From an uncultured Opitutia bacterium (GTDB taxonomy: Bacteria; Verrucomicrobiota; Verrucomicrobiia; Opitutales; UBA953): a stretch of DNA of 56,717 nt. Positions 29,726-39,491 of the stretch are shown here, one piece after another. A program made the translations under genes and the position numbers. The notes beneath the pieces were generated by a model that was not told the DNA's origin, did not search any database, and saw only the letters and a list, made by a program, of their open reading frames with translations. The stretch lies in NCBI GenBank assembly GCA_903895475.1, contig CAITUF010000036.1:1-56717 (forward strand), in the 5' to 3' direction. Each line of letters starts with the position of its first letter. The stretch's first letter is position 1.

Positions 29726-32493
29726 AGAAAGCCCCCGCAGTCTCCGGGTTTCGTAAATTCCTGCGCGGGCTCGTCATTACTGGCTTAAGCTTACTCTTAC
29801 CTGTTCAACTAGCCCTCCTCTGGCTCGCGTCTTTAGACGGTCCCGTGCAGCTGCCGAGCACTCTCACGGAGTCCTTGACGAAGCGCTTGGCCGAACAAGG
29901 CCTACGCCTCCAAGCTCGGCAGTTCTGGGTCTTGCCCGACCAATCGTTGGCGGCCGACGATGTCTCGCTCGAGGTCATCGGCCTGACCGGCGAAATCTTC
30001 ACTGCCACCCGCATCGAAGTCGGTGTGAGTCTGCCGGAGTTACTCGCCGGCCGCGTCAGCCCCACGCGCGTCCGCCTCCGCGGCGGAAAGCTCTGGTGCC
30101 CCGCCTCAGTCTCGCGCCTCGGCCAAAGCCGACTACTCATCGAGGACATACGACTGGAAGCGCGCCGCGAAGGCCGCTGGTTAATGGTGTCATCGCTCCT
30201 CGCCCGCTCCGGTAAATTTATCGCCTCCATCCATGGTGAACTCCCGTCCGCCTTACTCCAGCGGGGCGCCGCGAGCGACGCAACGCCCGCTGCCGGAGGA
30301 ATCCCAGAGCAAGCCGCTAAACTCCTGCGCCAAATTGAAGAGACCTTGCTGCTCGCTGAACGCTCGGGCGGGGCTTCGATTAACTTGGCGGCGCGAGGTA
30401 ACGCCGAAGGCGGCGCCGACCTTCGTGGTCACGCTGTCCTCGGCAACGACTGGTCCCAAGAGGGGCTCGGCCTCATCCAGGTGCGTGAGATGCTCGCACG
30501 GGGCGAGCTCAAGCTCAATTCACGGGGAGGACTTCTGGCTTGGCAGACAAGGATCACCGCGAAAAATCTTTCCTTCCGAGACATTCAAGCGGGTCAACTA
30601 ACCCTCCAGTTAACCGGTGCCGGTAGCCTCGTCGAGACGCAGGGCCACCTCTCATTGGACGAAGTGTCCGTGGCGCAATTCACTGGCCTAAGCCTCCGCA
30701 CGAAACTCGCGCAGACCCTCTCACCCACCGGCCAAGCTAGCCTACGCGCGCGCTTCGACGCGGCCACCACTACCAGCAGCGTTCACGGCTTGGCGATCTG
30801 GACGCCAGCGGCGAAGGCGACCGAACCAGACGGATTCTCCCTCCGCATTCCCGAAGGACAAATCACCGCCGTCGACCTACGCCGGGCGGTGCCGGCGCTC
30901 GATACAGCGTTAGCCCCCTTAGCTGGTGAAATCACTGGGGTGCTTAACCTCGCCGATATCCATGCCCAGCGCACCCCGTCGAGCTGGCAAGTCGACGGCG
31001 AGGTCAGCTTCAGCGGGTTGGATGTGCTCGGCCTCTCACCGCGCGCGGTTTCCCCAGCCCGCGACCTCCCCTTTAGCACCAAGTTCTCCTTTGTGCCGGA
31101 ACGGACGCCTTACGCGCTACTACTCCGTGACAGCCACCTCGCAAGCGTCGCCGGTGAAGCCGATTGCTCCCTCGACCCAGGCGGTCCCTTTGCCTTGCGC
31201 CTGCGCGGCGAACTCCAGCCCTCCGCGCTGGATCGGTTACTCGGCGATTGGTGGATCAACCTCTGGAAACTCTGTGTGGCGAAGCAACGTCCGTACGCGA
31301 CCATCGAAGTAAATAGCCATTGGGGTGACCATCAGAGCGAGGTCCGCGGCCGGGTCTTACTCCAAGACTTCACGCTCATGCAGTCCCCGTTCCGCTCCGT
31401 TGAAATCCTCGTGGACGCCGACGCCAAGGGCACGAAGATCGGCCTGCATCGCCTCAGTGGCGTCGGCAAGGACGACGGCTTCCTCGATGGCACGATGACC
31501 TGGGATTGGACGAAGAAAGCTTCGGTCGCGGGGCCTTTCATCCATGCGCGTGGTAACCTGCAACCCTGGGTCGCGGCTCGCTGTGCGGGAGTGGACTTGG
31601 GTGAAGCCATGCGCGGCCTGCGCTTGCCCGCGGACCAAGAGCTCACCCTCGATATCCAACCCAACGGCGTAGAATTGGACATCAAAGCGCGTGTGACCTG
31701 CGAGGGAACGTTCTCGGCCTGGGGCATTGAAAGCCGCGGGCTCACGCTGGACGTGCTCAGTCAGCCGAGGAACCTCCAGATCAAGGCCGGGCTCGCGCTG
31801 GCGGATGGCCAAGCGACGCTCGGCATGCAAGGCGACCCCCTGAAGGATTCGCAGGTCTCCCTCGTACTGAAGGGCTGCGACCCCAAGAAGGTCGCCAAGC
31901 TCATGGAGCAATTCAACCCGCCTAAGCCGGCCACCGCCGCCGCCACCCAGCCGACCCCACCTAAGCCGTCGGCACCGAGTGCCCCCGGGAAACTCGACCT
32001 CAAGTTCGTGGGTAGTATCAACCTCCAGGAGCCCCGCCTCCTCAAAGGCCTAGGGGACTTCGACCTCGTCGACCCAGAACTCAAGCGCGTCCGGCTCTTG
32101 GGCGGGGTCTCGAACTTCCTCGAGGCCTTCGGAATCAAATCTACCTCCTATGACCTGACGCAAGCCACGGGCCAGTTCGGCTGCTTGGGCGGGCGGGCCT
32201 ACTTCCCGGATCTCGTGATTAAAGGGCCCGACGCCCGCTTGACCATGGCTGGGGAAATTGACCTGCAGGCGTCCACCTTAGAGTTCGAAGGGGACTTCTC
32301 CCTGCCCAAGAAGGGTGGGTTTAACCCCCTGGACATCCTGAATATCAACCGCGCCTTCCTGAGCCTCGCCCGAGTGCGCCTAAAAGGCCCCCTCGCTGAC
32401 CCAGAAGTCAGCGCTTTACCCAAGCTTTCTGATATACTTAACCCCAAGAAGGACAGCACTTTAGGTAAAATACCCCCCTCCTTGCTGGAATGA
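29722..32493 (+). CDS. large membrane-anchored hypothetical protein (AsmA/TamB-like architecture)
   Basis: 923 aa. N-terminal TM helix, long beta-rich body and a C-terminal segment (FEGDFSLPKKGGFNPLDIL ... VRLKGPLADPEV) reminiscent of AsmA-like C-termini. ATGA overlap with the preceding gene. Confidence 0.45.
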   Translation: MKKAPAVSGFRKFLRGLVITGLSLLLPVQLALLWLASLDGPVQLPSTLTESLTKRLAEQGLRLQARQFWVLPDQSLAADDVSLEVIGLTGEIFTATRIEVGVSLPELLAGRVSPTRVRLRGGKLWCPASVSRLGQSRLLIEDIRLEARREGRWLMVSSLLARSGKFIASIHGELPSALLQRGAASDATPAAGGIPEQAAKLLRQIEETLLLAERSGGASINLAARGNAEGGADLRGHAVLGNDWSQEGLGLIQVREMLARGELKLNSRGGLLAWQTRITAKNLSFRDIQAGQLTLQLTGAGSLVETQGHLSLDEVSVAQFTGLSLRTKLAQTLSPTGQASLRARFDAATTTSSVHGLAIWTPAAKATEPDGFSLRIPEGQITAVDLRRAVPALDTALAPLAGEITGVLNLADIHAQRTPSSWQVDGEVSFSGLDVLGLSPRAVSPARDLPFSTKFSFVPERTPYALLLRDSHLASVAGEADCSLDPGGPFALRLRGELQPSALDRLLGDWWINLWKLCVAKQRPYATIEVNSHWGDHQSEVRGRVLLQDFTLMQSPFRSVEILVDADAKGTKIGLHRLSGVGKDDGFLDGTMTWDWTKKASVAGPFIHARGNLQPWVAARCAGVDLGEAMRGLRLPADQELTLDIQPNGVELDIKARVTCEGTFSAWGIESRGLTLDVLSQPRNLQIKAGLALADGQATLGMQGDPLKDSQVSLVLKGCDPKKVAKLMEQFNPPKPATAAATQPTPPKPSAPSAPGKLDLKFVGSINLQEPRLLKGLGDFDLVDPELKRVRLLGGVSNFLEAFGIKSTSYDLTQATGQFGCLGGRAYFPDLVIKGPDARLTMAGEIDLQASTLEFEGDFSLPKKGGFNPLDILNINRAFLSLARVRLKGPLADPEVSALPKLSDILNPKKDSTLGKIPPSLLE

Positions 32494-32557
32494 GGGTTGA
32501 TTTGCCCCCCTGTCCCGCTGTATCAGTCTGGTCCACCCCCTCACGGAGGACATTACC

Positions 32558-33019
32558 TTGGACCTTAATAAGATCAAACAAGTCGTGGATTTAATGAAGA
32601 AGTCGGACCTTTCCGAATTCGAAATCCAGGACCAAGAATTCAAGCTGCGCATCAAGCGCGACCTCCCCGGTCGTGCCGCTGCTCCCGCTCCTGCCGCCGC
32701 CGCCCCAGTGGCTGCCGCCCCTGCGCCTGTGGCTGCCGCCCCGGCCGCCGCCCCCGCCCCCTTGGCCGCCGACCCCAACATGAAGGTCATCACGTCCCCT
32801 ATGGTCGGCACCTACTACTCCACCCCCTCCCCGGACTCGCCTAACTTCGTCGCCGTGGGCTCGCCCGTGAAGGCCGACAGCGTCGTCTGCATTATCGAGG
32901 CCATGAAGGTGATGAACGAAATCCAGTCCGAACTCTCCGGCACCATTGTCGAATGCCTCGTGGCGAGCGGAACCTCGGTCGAATTCGGCCAGCCCCTCTT
33001 CCGCGTGAAGGTCGGCTGA
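32558..33019 (+). CDS. accB: acetyl-CoA carboxylase biotin carboxyl carrier protein
   Basis: [17 protein letters not shown]-terminus, Ala/Pro linker, biotinylation motif [12 protein letters not shown] start with GGAGGA 7 nt upstream. Confidence 0.9.
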   Translation: MDLNKIKQVVDLMKKSDLSEFEIQDQEFKLRIKRDLPGRAAAPAPAAAAPVAAAPAPVAAAPAAAPAPLAADPNMKVITSPMVGTYYSTPSPDSPNFVAVGSPVKADSVVCIIEAMKVMNEIQSELSGTIVECLVASGTSVEFGQPLFRVKVG

Positions 33020-33035
33020 TCACCGATTTCCGAGC

Positions 33036-34412
<1,377 letters not shown>

Positions 34413-34428
34413 GGACGGCAAATCTCTG

Positions 34429-35382
34429 ATGAGCGCACCTTCGCGCCCTACTCCGGCCCAGACCGCGCGTCTGCGCACGGGCGGTGAGCACCTGCGCTTC
34501 GCGAACAAGTTGCTTAAGTCGTCCGACGTGGCCTACGGCCAAGGGTTCCTCGATGAGCAGGAGGAATCGTTGACCTTAATGAGCGCCGCCACCGGGCTCG
34601 CTTGGGAAAAACTCCCGCAGTGCTTTGAGCGCGCCCTCAAACCCGCCGAGAAGGCCAAGTTCCTCGCCCTGCTCGAACGCCGCGTTTTCGAACGCGTCCC
34701 CACGGCCTACCTCGTTGGCGAAGCCTGGCTGGGCGGCCTGCGCTTCCGTGTCGATGAACGGGTCATCGTGCCGCGTTCCTACTTTGTTGAGCTGATTCCA
34801 GAAGCCATCCCGCGCTGGTTGCCGCCCGTCGAGCAGGTTAAGCGCGTTGCCGATGTGTGCACGGGCTCCGGTTGCCTGGCCATCCTGCTCGCGAAGCGTT
34901 TTCCGCAGGCCAAAGTGGATGCGACCGACCTTTCGGCGCCCGCCCTCGAGGTAGCCAAACTCAACGTCGCCGACCACGGTGAGGTGAAGCGGATCAAGTT
35001 ACACGAGACTGATACGATGACGGCGCTGCTGGGCGGCCCGAAGTTCGACCTGATCCTCAGTAACCCGCCCTACGAGCCGGAAGGCATCTACCGCCGCTTG
35101 CCCGCCGAATTCAAGAAGGAGCCCAAGAACTCCTTGGTCTCCGGCAAGGATGGGCTCGACGTCATCCGCAAGCTCCTCGCGCAAGCCACCGACCTCCTGC
35201 AACCGCACGGCGTGCTGGTCATCGAAGTCGGCGGTCTCCGCGACGCGATGCACCAGGCTTGGCCAAAGCTACCGATGCTCTGGCTGCCAACGGCGGACGG
35301 GCTCGACTGCGTTGTGCTGATCCACGCGTCCAACTTACGCGCAGCCTTGGCGAAATCACCACGCGCGGGGCGCGGGCGTTGA
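34429..35382 (+). CDS. prmB: ribosomal protein L3 glutamine N5-methyltransferase-like (HemK/PrmB family)
   Basis: SAM motif VADVCTGSGCLAI, catalytic NPPY. PrmB-type N-terminal domain. ATG at 34429 chosen because the longer ORF overlaps accC. Confidence 0.7.
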   Translation: MSAPSRPTPAQTARLRTGGEHLRFANKLLKSSDVAYGQGFLDEQEESLTLMSAATGLAWEKLPQCFERALKPAEKAKFLALLERRVFERVPTAYLVGEAWLGGLRFRVDERVIVPRSYFVELIPEAIPRWLPPVEQVKRVADVCTGSGCLAILLAKRFPQAKVDATDLSAPALEVAKLNVADHGEVKRIKLHETDTMTALLGGPKFDLILSNPPYEPEGIYRRLPAEFKKEPKNSLVSGKDGLDVIRKLLAQATDLLQPHGVLVIEVGGLRDAMHQAWPKLPMLWLPTADGLDCVVLIHASNLRAALAKSPRAGRGR

Positions 35383-36300
35383 TTCGAGTCGGTTCTGGGT
35401 CGCCTTCGGTAACTTCGGGAAGAAATCCAAGCCAGTCAGCGTCTCGACCTTCCGGATACTCACGACGTAGCGCGTGAGTTCACGGTCGCGCCACGTTTCT
35501 TCGTGCGGGATAAGGTAGGCGATGGCTCGCAGGCCGCGGGTGGTTTCTTCGTATTCCGAGACAACCATCCAGAAAGCATTGGGGACGGGGATGCGCCCGA
35601 CCTTCTTAGCGGTGGGCTCGGTGAAGACTGGGCCGACCTGCACCCAGACCGTGCCGTAGCGCTCGACGTAACGGCGCACGATACGCTGCTCGAGGTCCTT
35701 CCAGAGGCCCGCGTTGAGGGCGTGCACCTGCGGGACGATGTTCGAAAGCAGGAAGGTTTCCTTTTGAGCCTCCTCGCCGTAGCAAACCGAAATCGCGTAG
35801 TTCGGAGAAAGATGGCCACGGTCATACCCCGAACGGACAAACTCGGTAGTCGTCACGCGCGCGGTGGTACGGACGTCCGACTTAAAACTCGAAGGCCGCT
35901 CGAGGTGCACGTCCTTATACGGGAAGACACGGTAGGAAGACCACCGCGGGGATGGGAGGCTATCATCGTACCCGACGCTATAACCCTTATTCACGAAGTG
36001 CTTCAGGCCGAGCTGGTCGGCTGGTTCGCCGTACGGAGCCGTGGCATCCTTGTCGGGCTCAGGCGCGAGGACCACATCACCCTTCACCACCTCGGTCTGG
36101 TCGGCGAACTGATCGAGCGTCCCGACGACTTTGTCGGGGGTCATCCCATCTTCGCGGACGCCATCGATGACGTTTAGGACGTGGTGCTCGATAGCGATTT
36201 TCCCTGGGCGATCGGACAAGCCATAGACGATCAGCAGGGCAACGAGACACGCGCAGATACCGACCGTCAACCAACCCAGGAGGTTCAGCAGCCGACGCAT
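35356..36300 (-). CDS. membrane-anchored DNA/RNA non-specific endonuclease (beta-beta-alpha-Me, DRGH type)
   Basis: N-terminal TM helix LLGWLTVGICACLVALLIVYGL. Active site SGYDRGHLSPN and downstream LSNIVPQ...LNAGLW. Its 3' end overlaps the prmB 3' end by 27 nt (convergent). Confidence 0.85.
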   Translation of the reverse strand: MRRLLNLLGWLTVGICACLVALLIVYGLSDRPGKIAIEHHVLNVIDGVREDGMTPDKVVGTLDQFADQTEVVKGDVVLAPEPDKDATAPYGEPADQLGLKHFVNKGYSVGYDDSLPSPRWSSYRVFPYKDVHLERPSSFKSDVRTTARVTTTEFVRSGYDRGHLSPNYAISVCYGEEAQKETFLLSNIVPQVHALNAGLWKDLEQRIVRRYVERYGTVWVQVGPVFTEPTAKKVGRIPVPNAFWMVVSEYEETTRGLRAIAYLIPHEETWRDRELTRYVVSIRKVETLTGLDFFPKLPKATQNRLESTPAPRAW

Positions 36301-36301
36301 G

Positions 36302-36727
36302 TTAGCGAGTCAGGTAGTAGCACTGCCAGGCCCAGTGGACGATCAGGACGCCAATGAACGTCCAGCGCAGGACCTTTTCACCTCGGTCATCGACCGACAA
36401 CCGCAGACGCAGCGTGTCACGCCGCAGCCAGAAAACAGCGGCATAGGCAGTCCAGAGGACACCGCTCAGCACAACGATGAAGAATCCCGGGTGGAACTTG
36501 AGCGCTTCTAAAAAGTTTAGGTGCACCAACTGGCGGGCGCAACGCGTTCCACCGCAGCCGAGGCAAGGCAGCCCGGTGTATTCGTAGAAAATACAGGGTG
36601 GAAGCGACCAGCCCGTCTGGAACCACGCCCAAGCGAACAGCGCACCACCGAGGAACACCGACGGCCAGATGAACTCGTGGTTGAGTTCACCGGGGAAGGC
36701 GGGCCGACGGACGATGCCAATTCTCAC
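36302..36727 (-). CDS. DUF2752-family membrane protein
   Basis: LPCLGCGGTRC motif followed by hydrophobic helices. 141 aa. 1 nt from the nuclease gene and directly abutting the upstream paralog A. Confidence 0.75.
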   Translation of the reverse strand: MRIGIVRRPAFPGELNHEFIWPSVFLGGALFAWAWFQTGWSLPPCIFYEYTGLPCLGCGGTRCARQLVHLNFLEALKFHPGFFIVVLSGVLWTAYAAVFWLRRDTLRLRLSVDDRGEKVLRWTFIGVLIVHWAWQCYYLTR

Positions 36728-37579
36728 TTAAGGCCCGCCTCCCCCAGTCATGGAATCGAAGACCAGCACAAAGAGACCTCCGCAGCAGACGATGAAGGGG
36801 ATCAGCACGACGGAGATAGCGACCTTCCACCAAGCCAGCTGATGTGCGCGGGACAGCGCGATGACGTTAACGACGACCTGCCACGGGAAGACGATGCAAC
36901 CGACGAAGGGGATTAAACCGGCCAAGAAGAAGCTGCCGGAGACGTAACTGTTCGCGCGAAAACAGCCCGCATAACCGCCCTTCGGCCCCCACGGAAGCAA
37001 GAGTACATGGGTCGCGGCGCTGACCACGAAATTCAGGAGCGGGGCGAAGAGGGCGAAACCGACGCTGATCGCCGCGACCAAAGCGAAATAGGCTCCCGTC
37101 GACAGGTTGCGGGTCCATGCGTTCAGGTTCTGGTCGGCGCGCATATCCGCCAAGATCTCGTCGCCCGCCACGGCGAGGAGCAAACCGAAGATAAGCACGC
37201 CGAGCAGGACGACCGGACCGATGGCGAGGTAGTTGAAGGACAAAGCACGGCCACAACCTCCCGCGGCGGGGAGACTGTCGAAGGTCTCGACCGGATTGAG
37301 GGCCACGTCTTTGATGGTACCGAAGTAATTTCCAATTGAGGAACCGCGCTCCCAGGCGGGCATCGGTTGAGCGGTCGCAGCCTGTGCGAACTCGGACGGT
37401 GCCGATGGAATGCCCAGACCGGCGAACTCGGGCCATTGGCTCAGCGGCGTCCAGGCAGACATCCCTTCGCGCCAAGCCTGGTCGGACGGCAGGAAGCGGC
37501 CGGCCTGTAGCCCAGCGGCGACTTCCTCTTGGCTAAAGACTCCGAGCTGGGTCGGAGGGCGCGCGACGTGGATTTGCAT
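36728..37579 (-). CDS. GYF_2 (DUF4339) domain / Yip1-like polytopic membrane protein, paralog A
   Basis: N-terminus MQIHVARPPTQLGVFSQEEVAAGLQAGRFLPSDQAWREGMSAWTPLSQW (GYF_2-like), then about 5 TM helices of Yip1-like layout. Confidence 0.7.
   Translation of the reverse strand: MQIHVARPPTQLGVFSQEEVAAGLQAGRFLPSDQAWREGMSAWTPLSQWPEFAGLGIPSAPSEFAQAATAQPMPAWERGSSIGNYFGTIKDVALNPVETFDSLPAAGGCGRALSFNYLAIGPVVLLGVLIFGLLLAVAGDEILADMRADQNLNAWTRNLSTGAYFALVAAISVGFALFAPLLNFVVSAATHVLLLPWGPKGGYAGCFRANSYVSGSFFLAGLIPFVGCIVFPWQVVVNVIALSRAHQLAWWKVAISVVLIPFIVCCGGLFVLVFDSMTGGGGP
37265..37579 (-). repeat. near-identical 315-nt segment shared by paralogs A and B (copy in A)
   Basis: By-eye alignment with 38133..38447 gives equal length with no indels and runs of more than 40 identical nt (ccggattgagggccacgtctttgatggtaccgaagtaatttccaat). 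Confidence 0.8.
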
Positions 37580-37601
37580 GGCTAGATGGAAAGCCTATAC
37601 C

Positions 37602-38447
37602 TCAACCCATCTTTGTGAGGAGGGGAAGGAGAACGGCGGCGTAAACACCGCAACAAAGGCAACAGGGGATCACAACGACCGAAATCAATACCTTCCACCA
37701 AGCGATTTGATGGACGCGGGATAAGGCGATGACGTTGACAACCACCTGCCAAGGGGCCGCCACGTAGTTCAGGCAAGGGATACAGGTCAGCGGAAAGAAC
37801 GCGCCATTCACATAAGCGTTGGCGCGGAAACTCCCGGCGTAGCCCCCGCGCGGACTCCACGGCAAGAGCAAGAAATACGTGAAAGCACTGCTTACAAACA
37901 GTGCCAGCGGGGTGAAGAGGGCGACGCAGAACACAAAACCAAACAACAACCCCACCAAACCACCGACGGAGAGGTCTTTCAAAAAACTAGGTAAATCCGG
38001 GTTGCTGCGCATCGCTTGCAAAGCCCCGTCACCCACAAAGGCCACAATCAAGGCATAGAGAGCGCCGAGCAGAAGTAGCGCGGGGAAAGTCGTTAGATAG
38101 TTATAGAGTAACGGACGACCGAGACCGCCCTCGGCGGGGAGATTATCAAAGGTCTGCACCGGATTGAGGGCCACGTCTTTGATGGTACCGAAGTAATTTC
38201 CAATCGAGGAACCGCGCTCCCAGGCGGGCATCGGTTGCGCGGTCGCAGCCGGTGCGAACTCGGATGGCGCGGATGGAATGCCAAGCGAACCAAACTCCAG
38301 CCACTGACTGAGTGGCGTCCAAGCGGACATCCCTTCGCGCCAACCTTGGTCGGTCGGCAGGAAGCGGCCCGACTGCAGGCCGGCGGCGACTTCCTCCTGG
38401 CTAAAGACTCCGAGCTGATTGGGCGGGCGGGCGACGTGGATTTGCAT
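37602..38447 (-). CDS. GYF_2 (DUF4339) domain / Yip1-like polytopic membrane protein, paralog B
   Basis: The first ~105 residues are nearly identical to paralog A. The membrane domain has diverged, with conserved islands (LLLPW.P.GGYAG.FRAN, PWQVVVNVIALSR). Confidence 0.7.
   Translation of the reverse strand: MQIHVARPPNQLGVFSQEEVAAGLQSGRFLPTDQGWREGMSAWTPLSQWLEFGSLGIPSAPSEFAPAATAQPMPAWERGSSIGNYFGTIKDVALNPVQTFDNLPAEGGLGRPLLYNYLTTFPALLLLGALYALIVAFVGDGALQAMRSNPDLPSFLKDLSVGGLVGLLFGFVFCVALFTPLALFVSSAFTYFLLLPWSPRGGYAGSFRANAYVNGAFFPLTCIPCLNYVAAPWQVVVNVIALSRVHQIAWWKVLISVVVIPCCLCCGVYAAVLLPLLTKMG
38133..38447 (-). repeat. near-identical 315-nt segment shared by paralogs A and B (copy in B); its last ~147 nt are also shared with C
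   Basis: See 37265..37579. The block ttggtcggtcggcaggaagcggcccgactgcaggcc is identical in B and C. Confidence 0.8.
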
Positions 38448-38546
38448 AACCCACGCTTAGACGGGCGACGGGGATACGGCAAGCCTATGGAAGGCCGTGA
38501 AACCTCCCTCAGCCGTTACCACTGCACCAGGAAGTCGCTCAGCGTG

Positions 38547-39443
38547 CTAAAGCCCCTTTACCGCGCCGAGCGCAGCTACCATGCAGGCAAAACCACAACA
38601 GCCGAGGATCAGGCCGAACAGGAGGTGTGCACCGAACGAGACCCAAGCGCTCCGCTGAATGGCCGCCCCATGAAGACGATGGTAAAAGATGAGGTAAGGA
38701 ATGCCGAGCAGGCAGCCGAGACCGAACAAGAGGATGATGTTAAATCCGAGCAGGCTGAAGGGCATGACAATAATAGAGGCAATAGAGGACGCCATCAGCA
38801 TGGCAGCGATGGCGCGACCGCAATCGACTTTCTGGCGCATGATCCATAACCCCACCCAGATGATCACACCAAATAAAGCCACCATCAGCGGGCCGATAGC
38901 GATGCTGCCGAACACCGAACCAACTTTTATGAACTGCGTGATGGGCAAATCGGCGTCGGCGATGTTCTTACGCAAACCTTCCAGTAATGGTTCGAACGCT
39001 GGGTTGTTGAATTTTTCTAAGAAATTCACCATTTGAGCGCTGGGATCTTCAAACACAAAGGCTTGGAGTAAACGGACTGGTAGCACCACTAGCTGCGCGA
39101 TGTAGGCAAAGATTAGCCAATCACCGAACTCCATCCGAGCGTTGGCAAAGGTCTCACGCGGGCTGAAGACCGCGGCCTTCACGGTGGCGAAGAAACTCCC
39201 AGCGCTCTTACCCTGCTCCCAGGGCACCTGCGAGGGCGCGACTGCCGCTTCGGCGGGCGACGCCGGCACCGCAGCGACTACACTGCTAAACTCTGCCCAC
39301 TGGCTTAACGGTGTCCAAGCGGACATCCCATCGCGCCAAGCTTGGTCGGTCGGCAGGAAGCGGCCCGACTGCAGGCCAGCGGCGACTTCCTCCTGACTAA
39401 AGACTCCGAGCTGATTGGGCGGGCGCGCGACGTGGATTTGCAT
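38547..39443 (-). CDS. GYF_2 (DUF4339) domain / Yip1-like polytopic membrane protein, paralog C
   Basis: The first ~48 residues are nearly identical to paralog B. The membrane domain is distinct and lower in GC. Confidence 0.7.
   Translation of the reverse strand: MQIHVARPPNQLGVFSQEEVAAGLQSGRFLPTDQAWRDGMSAWTPLSQWAEFSSVVAAVPASPAEAAVAPSQVPWEQGKSAGSFFATVKAAVFSPRETFANARMEFGDWLIFAYIAQLVVLPVRLLQAFVFEDPSAQMVNFLEKFNNPAFEPLLEGLRKNIADADLPITQFIKVGSVFGSIAIGPLMVALFGVIIWVGLWIMRQKVDCGRAIAAMLMASSIASIIVMPFSLLGFNIILLFGLGCLLGIPYLIFYHRLHGAAIQRSAWVSFGAHLLFGLILGCCGFACMVAALGAVKGL
39297..39443 (-). repeat. ~147-nt 5'-terminal segment of paralog C, near-identical to B (and similar to A)
   Basis: By-eye alignment with 38301..38447 shows only a handful of mismatches. 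Confidence 0.75.
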
Positions 39444-39491
39444 AAGATTATATCTGACAAGGCGACGGAGCCCTGCAAGCCCGCAGGTGAC

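Noticed and set aside
32670-32770. GCC/CCC-rich repetitive DNA
   Set aside because: It encodes the normal Ala/Pro-rich flexible linker of BCCP (AccB). It is not a repeat element.
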